Shown here piece after piece: positions 9,301-17,825 of a DNA stretch of 64,000 nucleotides (positions within the stretch are counted from its first letter, which is position 1; each line of letters starts with the position of its first letter). Under the pieces are notes generated by a model. The model did no database searches and had not been told where the DNA came from. It saw only the letters and a list, made by a program, of their open reading frames with translations. The translations under genes and the position numbers were made by a program. Location of the stretch: positions 3,648,001 to 3,712,000 of the forward strand of contig OY970303.1 in the NCBI GenBank assembly GCA_963716255.1. The letters are read 5' to 3'. This DNA is from an uncultured Gemmatimonadales bacterium (lineage in GTDB: Bacteria; Gemmatimonadota; Gemmatimonadetes; Longimicrobiales; Longimicrobiaceae).

Positions 9301-11678
9301 GCTACGACTCGCGCCGCTCCGACCCGGAGGGCGACTTCTTCGCCCATGGCTACGACCCGCTGGACGAGTCGCGCTACCCCACCTTCGGCGACGGCAGCGA
9401 GCGGCGCGTGCTGGCCGGGACCACCCAGACGCTGTCGGCGCGCGTGGAGCGCGGCTTCGACTGGCTGGAGGCGGGCGACGTGATGACCTCCGGCTTCGGC
9501 GCGGACGGCTCGCTGGGTGCCTACCGCCGCGCCCTCACCGGCGTCGCCGGGCGCGTGTCCGGCGGGGCGCTGGCGTGGAGCGGCTTCGGGAGCATGACCG
9601 ACCAGGCGCTGGAGCAGCGCCAGTTGCGTGGCGACGGCAGCTCGGGGCCGTACCGTCTGGGCGGCGGGATCCGCCCCGGCACCGAGCGCGTGGCCATCGA
9701 GGTGCGCGCCGCCGACAACGCCGCGCGCGTGGTCGCCCGGCAGGAGCTGTCGCGCTTCACCGACTACCAGGTGGACTACCTCACCGGCGCGGTCCTCCTC
9801 CAGCGTCCCGTCCCCTCCACCGATCCCCAGGGGAACCCGGTGTTCGTGGTCGCGACGGTGGAGCGGCGCTCCGGTGGCGAGGCGCGCTTCGTGGGCGGGC
9901 TGCGCATGGAGCTGAACGCCGCGCGGCTGATGTCCCTGCGCGGGGTGGACTCGCTGGGGATCGGCTTCTTCGGGGTGCGCGACGCCGCGGGGACCACGGG
10001 CTCGCTCGCCGGCGGCTTCCCCGGCGCCTCGCTGGCCTCGTACGACCTGTTCGGCGGCGACTTCCGCGTGCGCAGCGGCCGGCTGGAAGCGGGCGCCGAG
10101 CTGCTGCACGCCGCCGGCGACTCCGCCGCGACCGCCGGCCAGGCCGAGCTCGCGTGGAGCCTGCCGGGCGACCGCTTGCGCGTGGAGGCCGGGTGGCTGC
10201 GGGTGGGAGACGGCTTCGCCGCATCGGCCAACCCCCGGCTGGTGTCGGAGATGGACGAGGTGCGCGTGGCCGGATCGGTGAAGCTCCCCACCGGCTCCAC
10301 GGTGACGGTGCGCCACGAGCGGCAGGCTTTCCACGAGTTCGGGGTGGAGCGCAGCTCCACGCTGGCCACCGCCACGCAGGAGATGGCGGGCCGCAGGCTC
10401 ACCGCCGAGGGCGGGGTGACCAGCGACCTCCAGGACGCCACCGACGCTTCCTCGTCCAGCGCGCAGGGCAAGGCCACGCTGGGCCTGACCCCCGACTTCA
10501 GCGTGTGGCTGGAGGGGAGCCGCGTCCTCAGCGCCTCCGCCGGCGCGCCCGCGCGGCCGGACCACGTGGGTGCCGGGGCGTCGTACCGGGTGCTCCCCGG
10601 CGTGCGGATGGAGGGGGCGCACCGCTGGGTGCGCGCCGGGGCCGACTCGGCGACCTACTCCTTCACCTCGCTGGGGCTGCGGATGGAGTCGGTGCTTGGC
10701 GGGCAGGTGTGGGGCGACGTGGAGAGCATGGCCGGCGAGCGCGGCGCCAGCTCCATGGCGCTGGGGTGGAACCAGCGCCTGAGCATGACCGGCGGGTGGG
10801 CGCTCAACTCTCTCTTCGAGCGCCGCTTCGGGCTGAGCCGCGCCCCGCTCGCCGACCCGCTGCGCGCCCTCCCCTTCGCCCGCCCGGAGCGCGACCGCTG
10901 GTCTGCCGGGCTGGGGCTGGAATGGCTCCCCGCCGACAGCGCGGCGCGCTTCAGCGCCCGCGGCGAGGTACACGACGGCGAGGAGCGCACAGGCTATCGC
11001 TTCGACGTGGCGGGCGACCTGCCGCTGGGTCCCTCCATGTCGCTGCTCACCCGGCACGACTGGTCGTCGGACTCGTGGCCGGGCACCAGCGGCGACCAGC
11101 AGACGCGCCGCGACCGCTCGCTGGTGGGCTTCGCGCTCCGCCCGGTGGGCTCGGACGCGGTGAACGCGCTGGCCAAGCTGGAGTGGCGGCGCAGCGCGGA
11201 CCCGCTCTTCGGCGGCGACGTGCTGACGCAGGCCCGCGACGAGGCGCGCCTGATCGGCTCGGCGGACGCCATCTGGGCGCCCACGGAGGGGATGGAGCTG
11301 GCGGGGCGCTACGCGGTGCGCTGGAGCATGACGGGCGACACGCTCCCGGGTGCGAGCGACCTGCGCTCCATCGCGCACTACCTGGGCGGGCGCTACGGGC
11401 AGACGCTGCGCGGGCCGCTCTCGGCGCGGCTGGACGGGCGGGTGCTGCTGGAAGGCACCACGGGTACGGCGCGCTGGAGCGCTACGCCGTCGCTGGTGAT
11501 GCGGCTAAGCACGCAGCTGGAGCTGGAGGGCGGCTGGCGGATGGGCGACCTGCGCGACCCGGACTTCTTCGCCTTCGGCGGGAGCGGGCCCTTCGCGGCG
11601 CTCGGCATCCGGCTGACCGAGGGGACGCTGGACAGCACGGCGTCGTTCTGGCGGGAGCGGATCCGGCGGGAGTTCTGA
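6354..11678 (+). CDS. Large DUF11-repeat protein with SdrD-B-like domain and C-terminal outer-membrane beta-barrel-like region, 1774 aa
   Basis: Three complete DUF11 repeats (LDKS/VSKE/LRKS .. YxxxxxN .. D..P .. NxA). IGKVWLDEDGDGRQGPGERGIPG (SdrD-B-like). DPLDESRYPTFGDGS and DYQVDYLTG motifs. Long run of amphipathic beta-strands in the C-terminal ~700 aa. Confidence 0.85.
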   Translation: MRFPFASTGTGRGGPGRTSLVLPVVAACALLGLLPAARVAAGMGAHRIPAAADTAVVENRAYLSYSMGGGQWTSSAAATVTVNLPAVQVTPSYEATMEPGGRRVFAHRVTNSGAAAGRFRLEAAAPAGWRVSLYLDVDGDGEIGERDTAVPAALPLDAGASAALLLLVEVPVDFAGGETQAVVRATSEADASVTASATDRITVARGRTAVSLDKSVDRADALRGDTLAYTLVFANRGVAAFPDARLQDPLPAGVRFVPGSLRLNGASLSDAADADAGSVRRDPSGRETVEVRLGTLAPGASGTVALRVVVAADAAAGSLANVATLALGDNQAASTPAETRIGEGRLEVSKERVGTGAVRAGGELSYRVGYANRSTAAVRDVVLADTLPAELTLISAEGSPEVQGQVVRWKLGTLQPGAAGAFTLVTRVAASAGGRTVVNRATVQGTGAAAAIAAAAPVPVASLDPAGLELRKSAGSLEAGVGETVPYTLVLRNPGDTPLEDLVVRDLIPEGTRLVEGSVWGADSARVEGRELRLTLAGALAPGAERTVRYALALVSPGDASQLGNRAWAEAAGGRVRSDTATAWVRLRRGFAMQGRTLIGKVWLDEDGDGRQGPGERGIPGAGVWSADGEVVTTDREGRFSFRDLRPGTHVLRLDTLGLPAGYTVARPGEELMTVRMDGWTAPRAAFRLVRMLPGAAAAAARGAGPSGGDVDAGAPGAGAPGGEARKLPPRVAPLRTQEERAAADRSGFLEGPGVAIMAPTDGTVIGTNRLYVGVKGEPGAPVRLFDGDRLVREDVLRPDGSYDFIGVEVAPGPHRFRVWTRNSWQRERWDSVAVHRSGGAARIELPAKPVTLRADVRAAERLRVRVLDRWGVLVADTPNVTVEVRGAAADGPDVDASSVGMQLRTGADGWLELVLRAREVGTGELRLASDTVRGAVPFRVLPFVRPLIATGAAQVGVGAAPEAFGAVTVQGALNAETSVSVSYDSRRSDPEGDFFAHGYDPLDESRYPTFGDGSERRVLAGTTQTLSARVERGFDWLEAGDVMTSGFGADGSLGAYRRALTGVAGRVSGGALAWSGFGSMTDQALEQRQLRGDGSSGPYRLGGGIRPGTERVAIEVRAADNAARVVARQELSRFTDYQVDYLTGAVLLQRPVPSTDPQGNPVFVVATVERRSGGEARFVGGLRMELNAARLMSLRGVDSLGIGFFGVRDAAGTTGSLAGGFPGASLASYDLFGGDFRVRSGRLEAGAELLHAAGDSAATAGQAELAWSLPGDRLRVEAGWLRVGDGFAASANPRLVSEMDEVRVAGSVKLPTGSTVTVRHERQAFHEFGVERSSTLATATQEMAGRRLTAEGGVTSDLQDATDASSSSAQGKATLGLTPDFSVWLEGSRVLSASAGAPARPDHVGAGASYRVLPGVRMEGAHRWVRAGADSATYSFTSLGLRMESVLGGQVWGDVESMAGERGASSMALGWNQRLSMTGGWALNSLFERRFGLSRAPLADPLRALPFARPERDRWSAGLGLEWLPADSAARFSARGEVHDGEERTGYRFDVAGDLPLGPSMSLLTRHDWSSDSWPGTSGDQQTRRDRSLVGFALRPVGSDAVNALAKLEWRRSADPLFGGDVLTQARDEARLIGSADAIWAPTEGMELAGRYAVRWSMTGDTLPGASDLRSIAHYLGGRYGQTLRGPLSARLDGRVLLEGTTGTARWSATPSLVMRLSTQLELEGGWRMGDLRDPDFFAFGGSGPFAALGIRLTEGTLDSTASFWRERIRREF

Positions 11679-11697
11679 GCGGCGGTATGAACGACGC

Positions 11698-11743
11698 AGT
11701 ACGTGAAAACAGCGCCCCTGCCGGGAGATCCCGGCGGGGGCGC
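11698..11743. repeat. AGTACGTGAAAA leader plus 32-bp GC hairpin (terminator/REP-like), copy 1
   Basis: GCGCCCCTGCCGGGAGATCCCGGCGGGGGCGC; near-identical element at 13447-13490. Confidence 0.7.
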
Positions 11744-11896
11744 AGTCGTGTGAGTTCCCCCGGAAGGCGGCGGCCACGAAGTAGACCTGATAGTGGCAGG
11801 CTCACTTGCGCGTAGCCCGGTCCAGGCGCAGATACAATCGGAGTGACGAGCGGCTGGTGCACCCATCATCGAACCCACGCCTACGCCGAATTCCCC

Positions 11897-12412
11897 ATGA
11901 CGCGCGATTTCTTTGACGATGAGCAGTGGAGGAAAGGATACGAATTCGAGAAGTGGGTCCGGGCGCGCATGCCGGAAAGCTTCTGGAAGCTACTTGAATG
12001 GCGTGGTGATAAGTGCGTCCCCGGGTTTCCTCCTCCCGTCTCGGCGAAATATCCGGACTTCGAACTGGAGGACAACGTAGGACAGTTCAGGGTCGCGATT
12101 GAATGCAAGTGGCGCGACCGGTACGCGGATGCTTCGATTGACCCGGTGCAGATCCAGCGGTACAAGGAATACCAGAGCGATTCAGGAACCCCGGTCCATC
12201 TGGTAATGGGGATTTCTGGGACGCCGTCATCTCCTTATCGAGTTTATATCTGCCCTCTCAGCCAGTACGAAAGCTCTATGCTTCACCGTAAAGACGGGTA
12301 TTCCACTCTCAAGGCATCCGATCCTGATTCCGATTTTTACTTCCACCGCGAGCTTCAAGAGTTCAAGACTTACAACTCCGAGGTAAGGGTGAGAGAGCTG
12401 AGCTCATCGTAG
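11897..12412 (+). CDS. PD-(D/E)XK nuclease-like protein
   Basis: KGYEFE ... YPDFEL ... AIECKWR catalytic pattern; lower GC than flanks; start ATG 11897 chosen. Confidence 0.7.
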   Translation: MTRDFFDDEQWRKGYEFEKWVRARMPESFWKLLEWRGDKCVPGFPPPVSAKYPDFELEDNVGQFRVAIECKWRDRYADASIDPVQIQRYKEYQSDSGTPVHLVMGISGTPSSPYRVYICPLSQYESSMLHRKDGYSTLKASDPDSDFYFHRELQEFKTYNSEVRVRELSSS

Positions 12413-12597
12413 CGACCCCGAGGCGTGATCCGATCGGCCAAGCGGTCAGGATGCTCCGGCGATTCGGGCCGGGCGGTCGTCATATCGCCGGAGTGAGTTG
12501 TTCGGTCACGTTCGTCCCGCGCCGCACGCACCTGGGCTTGCCGCTCGGCGCACTCGACTCAGAAGGTGTAAGGCAACTCACACCCGGAGCACGGTTC

Positions 12598-13419
12598 ATG
12601 GACGGGAATCTCCCAGACGTAGTCGCTGATTTCTGGAAGTTCGTATGGCCGAGCATGATACGCCTCTCGCTGCTGCTTGGACTGCTGTTCTACCTCGCGC
12701 CGAGAACCCTTGGCGCCTTTCGCCTGCGTCTGGAAAAAAGCAGCGCCGAAGGCCTCCTGGCGGCACTCCACTCGAAGACGGCAGAAGCAATAGGGCTGAA
12801 CAAACTCGCGCCGTTCCTGACACTGTTCGCCATGCTTATAGTCATGGTGGTCATCAACGACACGGTTCGCTGGGTGGGACAGCTACTGCCTCCTGATCTC
12901 TTTTTTACATCACCGACAGATCTGGTCGCGACCGGAAGGGCCGAGGAGATCCTCGCGATCTGGCAACATTTTCCAAACGTCCGGAACATACACGAGCTCG
13001 ATGCAGTGATTGAGAACCTTTACGACGAGCATGCTGACGGCTCGGGTTTCGCTTTCTGGCAGGACCGGGTGGAGCTTTCCGATCAACTTTTTTACCACTC
13101 CAAGTTCTACATACTGTGGGCACTGGTTTGCGCTTGGATAGGACTTCGGGCGGGGAGCCGGGGCACGCTCGTCAAAAGACTGTTCGTGGTCATTCTCGGG
13201 CTTACGACTGCTGCGACGGTGTCAGGGGCATACATGGTTCATAGCTACAGGCATCGCAGCGAAAGCGAGATCATAGTTGCTCGGCAATGGCTGGCGCGCT
13301 CCGAGACCGAGGTGATTTCGGCAGAGGAGTTGGACGGCCGCCGAAGATTGCTCGCGGAAGCACAGCAACGCATGGACGGCGGGTGGTGGCAGCTCGGTCT
13401 TCCGAGCTGGACTTGGTAG
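12598..13419 (+). CDS. Hypothetical multi-pass membrane protein
   Basis: About four hydrophobic segments; lower GC; ATG 12598. Confidence 0.65.
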   Translation: MDGNLPDVVADFWKFVWPSMIRLSLLLGLLFYLAPRTLGAFRLRLEKSSAEGLLAALHSKTAEAIGLNKLAPFLTLFAMLIVMVVINDTVRWVGQLLPPDLFFTSPTDLVATGRAEEILAIWQHFPNVRNIHELDAVIENLYDEHADGSGFAFWQDRVELSDQLFYHSKFYILWALVCAWIGLRAGSRGTLVKRLFVVILGLTTAATVSGAYMVHSYRHRSESEIIVARQWLARSETEVISAEELDGRRRLLAEAQQRMDGGWWQLGLPSWTW

Positions 13420-13446
13420 GGAGCGACGGGGGCCGGCGAGGTACGA

Positions 13447-13490
13447 AGTACGTGAAAAGCGCCCCCGCCGGGATCTCCCGGCTGGGGCGC
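13447..13490. repeat. AGTACGTGAAAA leader plus GC hairpin, copy 2; probable minus-strand terminator
   Basis: GCGCCCCCGCCGGGATCTCCCGGCTGGGGCGC; on the minus strand it is followed by TTTT and lies downstream of the 13533-13799 gene. Confidence 0.7.
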
Positions 13491-13532
13491 TGCTGATAGC
13501 AGTGACCTGGGTGAGAAGCGGGAACGTCCGGC

Positions 13533-13799
13533 TCAGGCCGACCGGGCCGCTTCGTAGATCTTCAGGAGCTGCTCGTCGGTCAGGTCCGTCCCATGGCTCA
13601 GGTCCGCTCCCAGGCTGTGCCCGGGAAGAACTTCCGCCAGCTCGACGGCTCCATCCCTGTAGAACAGCACGTCCCACTTGCCGGGAACGACCCCGTGCGT
13701 GCCGGTTTCTTCCGGGACCTTCACCACGGCCACGACGTACTCGGTTCCATTCGGCGCGGTCCAGGGGCGGCCCGGCGGAAGGTCTTCGTTCTCTCGCAT
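13533..13799 (-). CDS. Small hypothetical protein, 88 aa
   Basis: MRENEDLPPGRPWTAPNGTEYVVAVVKVPE...; globular composition; followed by a terminator-like hairpin. Confidence 0.55.
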   Translation of the reverse strand: MRENEDLPPGRPWTAPNGTEYVVAVVKVPEETGTHGVVPGKWDVLFYRDGAVELAEVLPGHSLGADLSHGTDLTDEQLLKIYEAARSA

Positions 13800-14120
13800 G
13801 GTAGCTCTCTCGCAGGGTTGCGTCCGCGCTCTCGGACCTGAAGCTCCGGGTCCTCCCGATGGGCCGAGCCTCGCCGGCCTCTCCACTCCCCTCTGCAATG
13901 CGGATGCCTGGGAGGCGCAGGCTCGCCAGCCGAGGCATCTTCTCCATCACTTCGCTGGATCAGAGAGAGGGCATTCTCCCGCCGTGGAACCGAGCCGATC
14001 GCGCAGGCTCATCCCGCGCGCAGCCGGCACTTGCGCTCCCCGCCGCCGCGCCCGAGCTTGGGGACGTCCGGTGGCGACTCCGGAGCGGCGACGCTCCCGC
14101 ATCCGTCCTCCATCCCGCCC

Positions 14121-14663
14121 ATGCGCATGCTGCGATCTCACGTCCTCCGGCTCGTCGTGCTCCTCCTCCTGACGCAGGCGTCCCATGCCGCGGCGCAGCA
14201 GACGCCGGCGGGATTCCGCGACGAGTTCCTGATGCAGTTCGACGCCTCGAGCTCCAAGTTCATCGCGCTCGCCCAGGCGATGCCGGACTCCGCCTACGCC
14301 TGGCACCCCGGCGAGGGCGTCATGACGGTGGCCCACGTCTACGCGCACGTCGCCCACTACAACTACCTGTATCCCCAGACGGGGCTCGGGATCGCTCCGC
14401 CTGCCGGGACGGACCTGGAGCGGATGGAGGCTACGACCCGCAAAGCCGAGATCGTGGAACTGCTGACGAAGTCGAGGGAGCACGTGCGGACGTCGGTTTC
14501 ACGGCTCTCGGAGGCGGACCTCGCCAGGCGGACAAAGCTGTACGGACGCGACGTGCCCCAGTGGGCGGTGCTCTTCCAGCTGCTCGCGCACATGAACGAG
14601 CACCTGGGACAGTCGATCGCCTACGCACGGTCCAACGGAGTCGTTCCTCCCTGGTCGCAGTAG
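14121..14663 (+). CDS. DinB/YfiT family protein with signal peptide
   Basis: LAQAMP..YAWHP..MTVAHVYAHVA and HMNEHLGQSIAYARSNGVVPPWS. Confidence 0.88.
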   Translation: MRMLRSHVLRLVVLLLLTQASHAAAQQTPAGFRDEFLMQFDASSSKFIALAQAMPDSAYAWHPGEGVMTVAHVYAHVAHYNYLYPQTGLGIAPPAGTDLERMEATTRKAEIVELLTKSREHVRTSVSRLSEADLARRTKLYGRDVPQWAVLFQLLAHMNEHLGQSIAYARSNGVVPPWSQ

Positions 14664-14751
14664 GGAGGACGATCCCAAAAGCCAGCCCGCGCATCTCGCC
14701 GCGCCGGAGCCGTTGCCGGGCGCGTTGATTCCTGTCGCCTGGAGGTGTCGA

Positions 14752-15300
14752 ATGGAGGATCCGGTCCGGACGGAGTACCTGCGGGACTGCGCCGAGTCGT
14801 TCCGGAAGTACAAGAGCATGGCGGACAACGCCCTCGGCCGGGTCACCGACCCGCAGTTCTTCGCCGTGCTCGACGCGGAGTCCAACAGCCTGGCGCTCGT
14901 GGTCAAGCACATGGCCGGCAACCTGCTCTCGCGCTGGACCGACCTGCTCACCACGGACGGGGAGAAGCCGGACCGCGACCGCGACTCGGAGTTCGAGGTC
15001 GCCCCCTCCGACACGCGCGAGAGCCTGATGGCAAGGTGGGAAGCGGGGTGGAGCGCGGCGTTCGGCTCCATGGATGCGCTCACGCCGGCCGACCTGGACC
15101 GCACCATCCGCATCCGCGGGGAGCCGCACTCGCTGGTGCAGGCGATCAACCGCCAGCTCACGCACGCGGCCTACCACGTGGGGCAGATCGTCTTCTTCGC
15201 CAAGCACCTCCAGTCGGACAGCTGGCAGTCGCTCAGCATCCCGCGCGGCCAGTCGCGGCAGCTCAACGCGAGCATGGACGCTGCACAGCCGAGACACTGA
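14752..15300 (+). CDS. DUF1572 (DinB superfamily) protein
   Basis: GGAGG RBS; SNSLALVVKHMAGNLLSRWTD..TDGEKPDRDRDSEF; HAAYHVGQIV; SLSIPRGQS. Confidence 0.9.
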   Translation: MEDPVRTEYLRDCAESFRKYKSMADNALGRVTDPQFFAVLDAESNSLALVVKHMAGNLLSRWTDLLTTDGEKPDRDRDSEFEVAPSDTRESLMARWEAGWSAAFGSMDALTPADLDRTIRIRGEPHSLVQAINRQLTHAAYHVGQIVFFAKHLQSDSWQSLSIPRGQSRQLNASMDAAQPRH

Positions 15301-15639
15301 AGCGGGTCGACCTCGAGTGGCCGATCCACCGCGACCCTCTCCTCTGTGATTTTCCGCGATGAGGTTGCGGGACTGATCGCTCGCCTCAGGTCCGTAAAGG
15401 TCACCTAGCTGGGTCAACGTGCCCGGAAGCTGACTCGTACCCCTGTCGCTGGGCCGAATTCGACCGTTGTCGCCCGATCGGAGCTGTCTGCGCCGTACCT
15501 AAACGCTCCGGCAACGGACTACTGCTGCTCTGTCGCACCCGGATACCTTCATTCCCGGATGGACACTCGCTCCCGTATACCGGTGATCTCATCAGGGCTG
15601 TCGGCACTTGCAACGACCTTCACGAACCTGGATCATCCG

Positions 15640-16092
15640 ATGAACGAACTTCTCTCCGACATCCGCTCTCCAGGGTGGTGGGTAGGCGTAGTGATAACGG
15701 GGATAATGACAAGTCTCGTAGCCTCCTACTTGAAGCCCAAGTTGGATCGAGTTGGCTCGCTTGCCTCGGACCGCTGGGCGCAGCGAACTGAACGCCGGAG
15801 GCTCGCTTTCGCTAATCGGGTGGATCGGGTCGGGCATGATCCTCAAGAACAGCTGCTTTTGGCCATCAATATCGTGAGAAAGCTAATCCTGGGCTTCGCC
15901 TTCGCCGGTGCGGGATTTCTTATCTTGCTTCTGGTTTCAACCACAACGTCGATTCCATTGACGATGAGTGCAATCAGCTATTTCACGGGCGCCGTCGCGG
16001 TTATAACCGGGGGGCAGCATCTCTTCCATACCGTGTCATTCCTCTCGGTACTGAGAAAGGGCATCGGCGAACGGCCTCCCCAGTACTGGTGA
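15640..16092 (+). CDS. Hypothetical membrane protein (3 TM)
   Basis: WWVGVVITGIMTSLVASYL plus two further hydrophobic helices; lower GC. Confidence 0.65.
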   Translation: MNELLSDIRSPGWWVGVVITGIMTSLVASYLKPKLDRVGSLASDRWAQRTERRRLAFANRVDRVGHDPQEQLLLAINIVRKLILGFAFAGAGFLILLLVSTTTSIPLTMSAISYFTGAVAVITGGQHLFHTVSFLSVLRKGIGERPPQYW

Positions 16093-16345
16093 GAGATTCC
16101 ACTCTCGACGGTGCGTCGATTTCAGTCGGAAACCTGGGCCGACCAGAACGGCTCGCCGCGCGTTGACCATGTTGGAGGGCTGAGGAGAGGGGGTGGTCGG
16201 GCATTCCCCTTTCGCAGAAATGAACCGCGCGAGCGGCTTGTCGCGCCTTTCGGCCACTTGCGCTTCATGCCCTCCCCGCCTGAGTTTGGGGTATCGAGCG
16301 CGACACAAGTCGTGCCAATCGTCAAATCTCAACGTTCGCAAACGA

Positions 16346-17077
16346 GTGGCTATCCCGCCGTCCCTCGATTTCGACAAGATCGCCCGGCCGGCGCTGGTCG
16401 ACACGTATGAAGCTCTTCGTGGGTGGCTGGGCGGACATCCACGTGACGAGACCGCGTTTCTAAATCGCCTCACGGAGAAGCTGAACCGCCCACGCCGAAA
16501 ATGTGACGTCGGCTCGGCCGCTCCGATGCAAGTGGAAACCTCGCTCTCCATGTTGCACCGACGAGGACCCCGCCAAACGGACAAGTATGGATGTGACCTG
16601 GCCGTAACACTGCGGGTTGAACCTGGGACATTCCAAAAAACAGCCCTCTTCCAGTTCAAGCGAAGTGCAGATTTTTCCGTTCTGGTGGAACGCGCACAGT
16701 TGGATGAGGCGCTCAGAGACCCCAGGCTTGGGTCGCGCGCGTTCGTCCTTGCGCTCGAGGAGGTGAGGCAGGCACTTCGAATCGAGGCGGCGGTGACACT
16801 GAGACCGGCTTTCTCCGGGCAGGCGCAGCGTACGTTTAACGCTTTGGACTGGCGAAGCGCGGCTGAGTGGCTTTACGGCTGGCTGCGGTGTGACATCGGA
16901 CCGAGCAGCATTGGTTCCGCAGGCGACGGTGTGGAAAGTCTGCTTCAGGAGTTCGTCGTGGAGCCACCGGAAATCACGCTTTTCGACGATATCCCAGCAG
17001 GTCCGTCAAACGATCTCGACATCGTTCCCGCGCGTGCCTGGTTGCAGATCCTCGTGACGCCGAGCGAGCCCCGCTGA
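16346..17077 (+). CDS. Hypothetical protein, possible PD-(D/E)XK-fold nuclease
   Basis: DETAF ... DKYGCDLAV ... KTALFQFKR resembles an E..D..QxK restriction-fold pattern. Start uncertain (GTG 16346; ORF open from 16193). Confidence 0.55.
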   Translation: MAIPPSLDFDKIARPALVDTYEALRGWLGGHPRDETAFLNRLTEKLNRPRRKCDVGSAAPMQVETSLSMLHRRGPRQTDKYGCDLAVTLRVEPGTFQKTALFQFKRSADFSVLVERAQLDEALRDPRLGSRAFVLALEEVRQALRIEAAVTLRPAFSGQAQRTFNALDWRSAAEWLYGWLRCDIGPSSIGSAGDGVESLLQEFVVEPPEITLFDDIPAGPSNDLDIVPARAWLQILVTPSEPR

Positions 17078-17123
17078 TTGCTGACTGATGAGGAACTGAG
17101 ACTTACGAGATGGGCCACGCCAT

Positions 17124-17825
17124 TCACCCCGTCTCCGCCCGCAGCTCCTCCAGCGCCACCACCCGGCCGCCCCGCGCCCAGCGCTCCAGCGTGGCGGCCT
17201 CGTCCTCCAGCCCCAGCCCCCAGGTGGCGTCGCGCACCGCGACCGTGCTGTAGCCGCGCTCCCGCATCCCATCCACCGCCTGCGTCACGCACACGTCGCG
17301 CGCGACGCCCGCCACCACGATCTCCAGCGGCTCGCCCAGGAGCACGCGCAGCTCGTCCAGCAGCGCCTCCGCGCCGGGGTTCCCCTCGAACACGCTGAAG
17401 CGCTCCTTGTGGACGAACACCGGGCGGCGCCCGCGCACGGCGGTCCGCGCCACCTCGCGCGCCTGCTCCGGCGTGGCGCCGCGGGGAAGGACCACCGGGT
17501 CGTCCGGGGCGACGGATTCCAGGATGGCGGCTCCGCGGCGCTCCTCCGGGTCGTCCGACAGGCCCATGCAGTGGGGCGGGTAGGTGCCCCGCGCGGCATC
17601 GGGAGCGACGGCGTCGATCTCCGCGTCGTCCGCGGCGTGCCAGTCGCCGGTGAACACCAGCACGTCGCAGTGCGCGCGCATCCACGCCACCGCCTGCTCG
17701 ATGCGCTCCCGCGCCCGCGCCGCCCCCGCGTCCGATGCGTCGAACAGGTCGTGGACGTAGAGCCGGCCGTCCGGGAGCATGAAGTCGTTCTGCACGTCCA
17801 CGACCCAGCCGATTCTCGCGCTCAT
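17124..17825 (-). CDS. pncA: Nicotinamidase / isochorismatase-family cysteine hydrolase
   Basis: VVDVQNDFM, TGDWH, YPPHC, HKERFSVF, GVARDVCV; start overlaps the stop of the NAPRTase gene. Confidence 0.85.
   Translation of the reverse strand: MSARIGWVVDVQNDFMLPDGRLYVHDLFDASDAGAARARERIEQAVAWMRAHCDVLVFTGDWHAADDAEIDAVAPDAARGTYPPHCMGLSDDPEERRGAAILESVAPDDPVVLPRGATPEQAREVARTAVRGRRPVFVHKERFSVFEGNPGAEALLDELRVLLGEPLEIVVAGVARDVCVTQAVDGMRERGYSTVAVRDATWGLGLEDEAATLERWARGGRVVALEELRAETG

Noticed and set aside
6336..11378. 1680-aa minus ORF and 1301-aa alternative-frame ORF (7910-11815)
   Set aside because: Stop-poor shadow frames of the GC-rich 1774-aa gene; no motifs
11843..17077. Integron cassette array (co-oriented lower-GC genes)
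   Set aside because: No convincing RYYYAAC..GTTRRRY attC sites and no integrase seen
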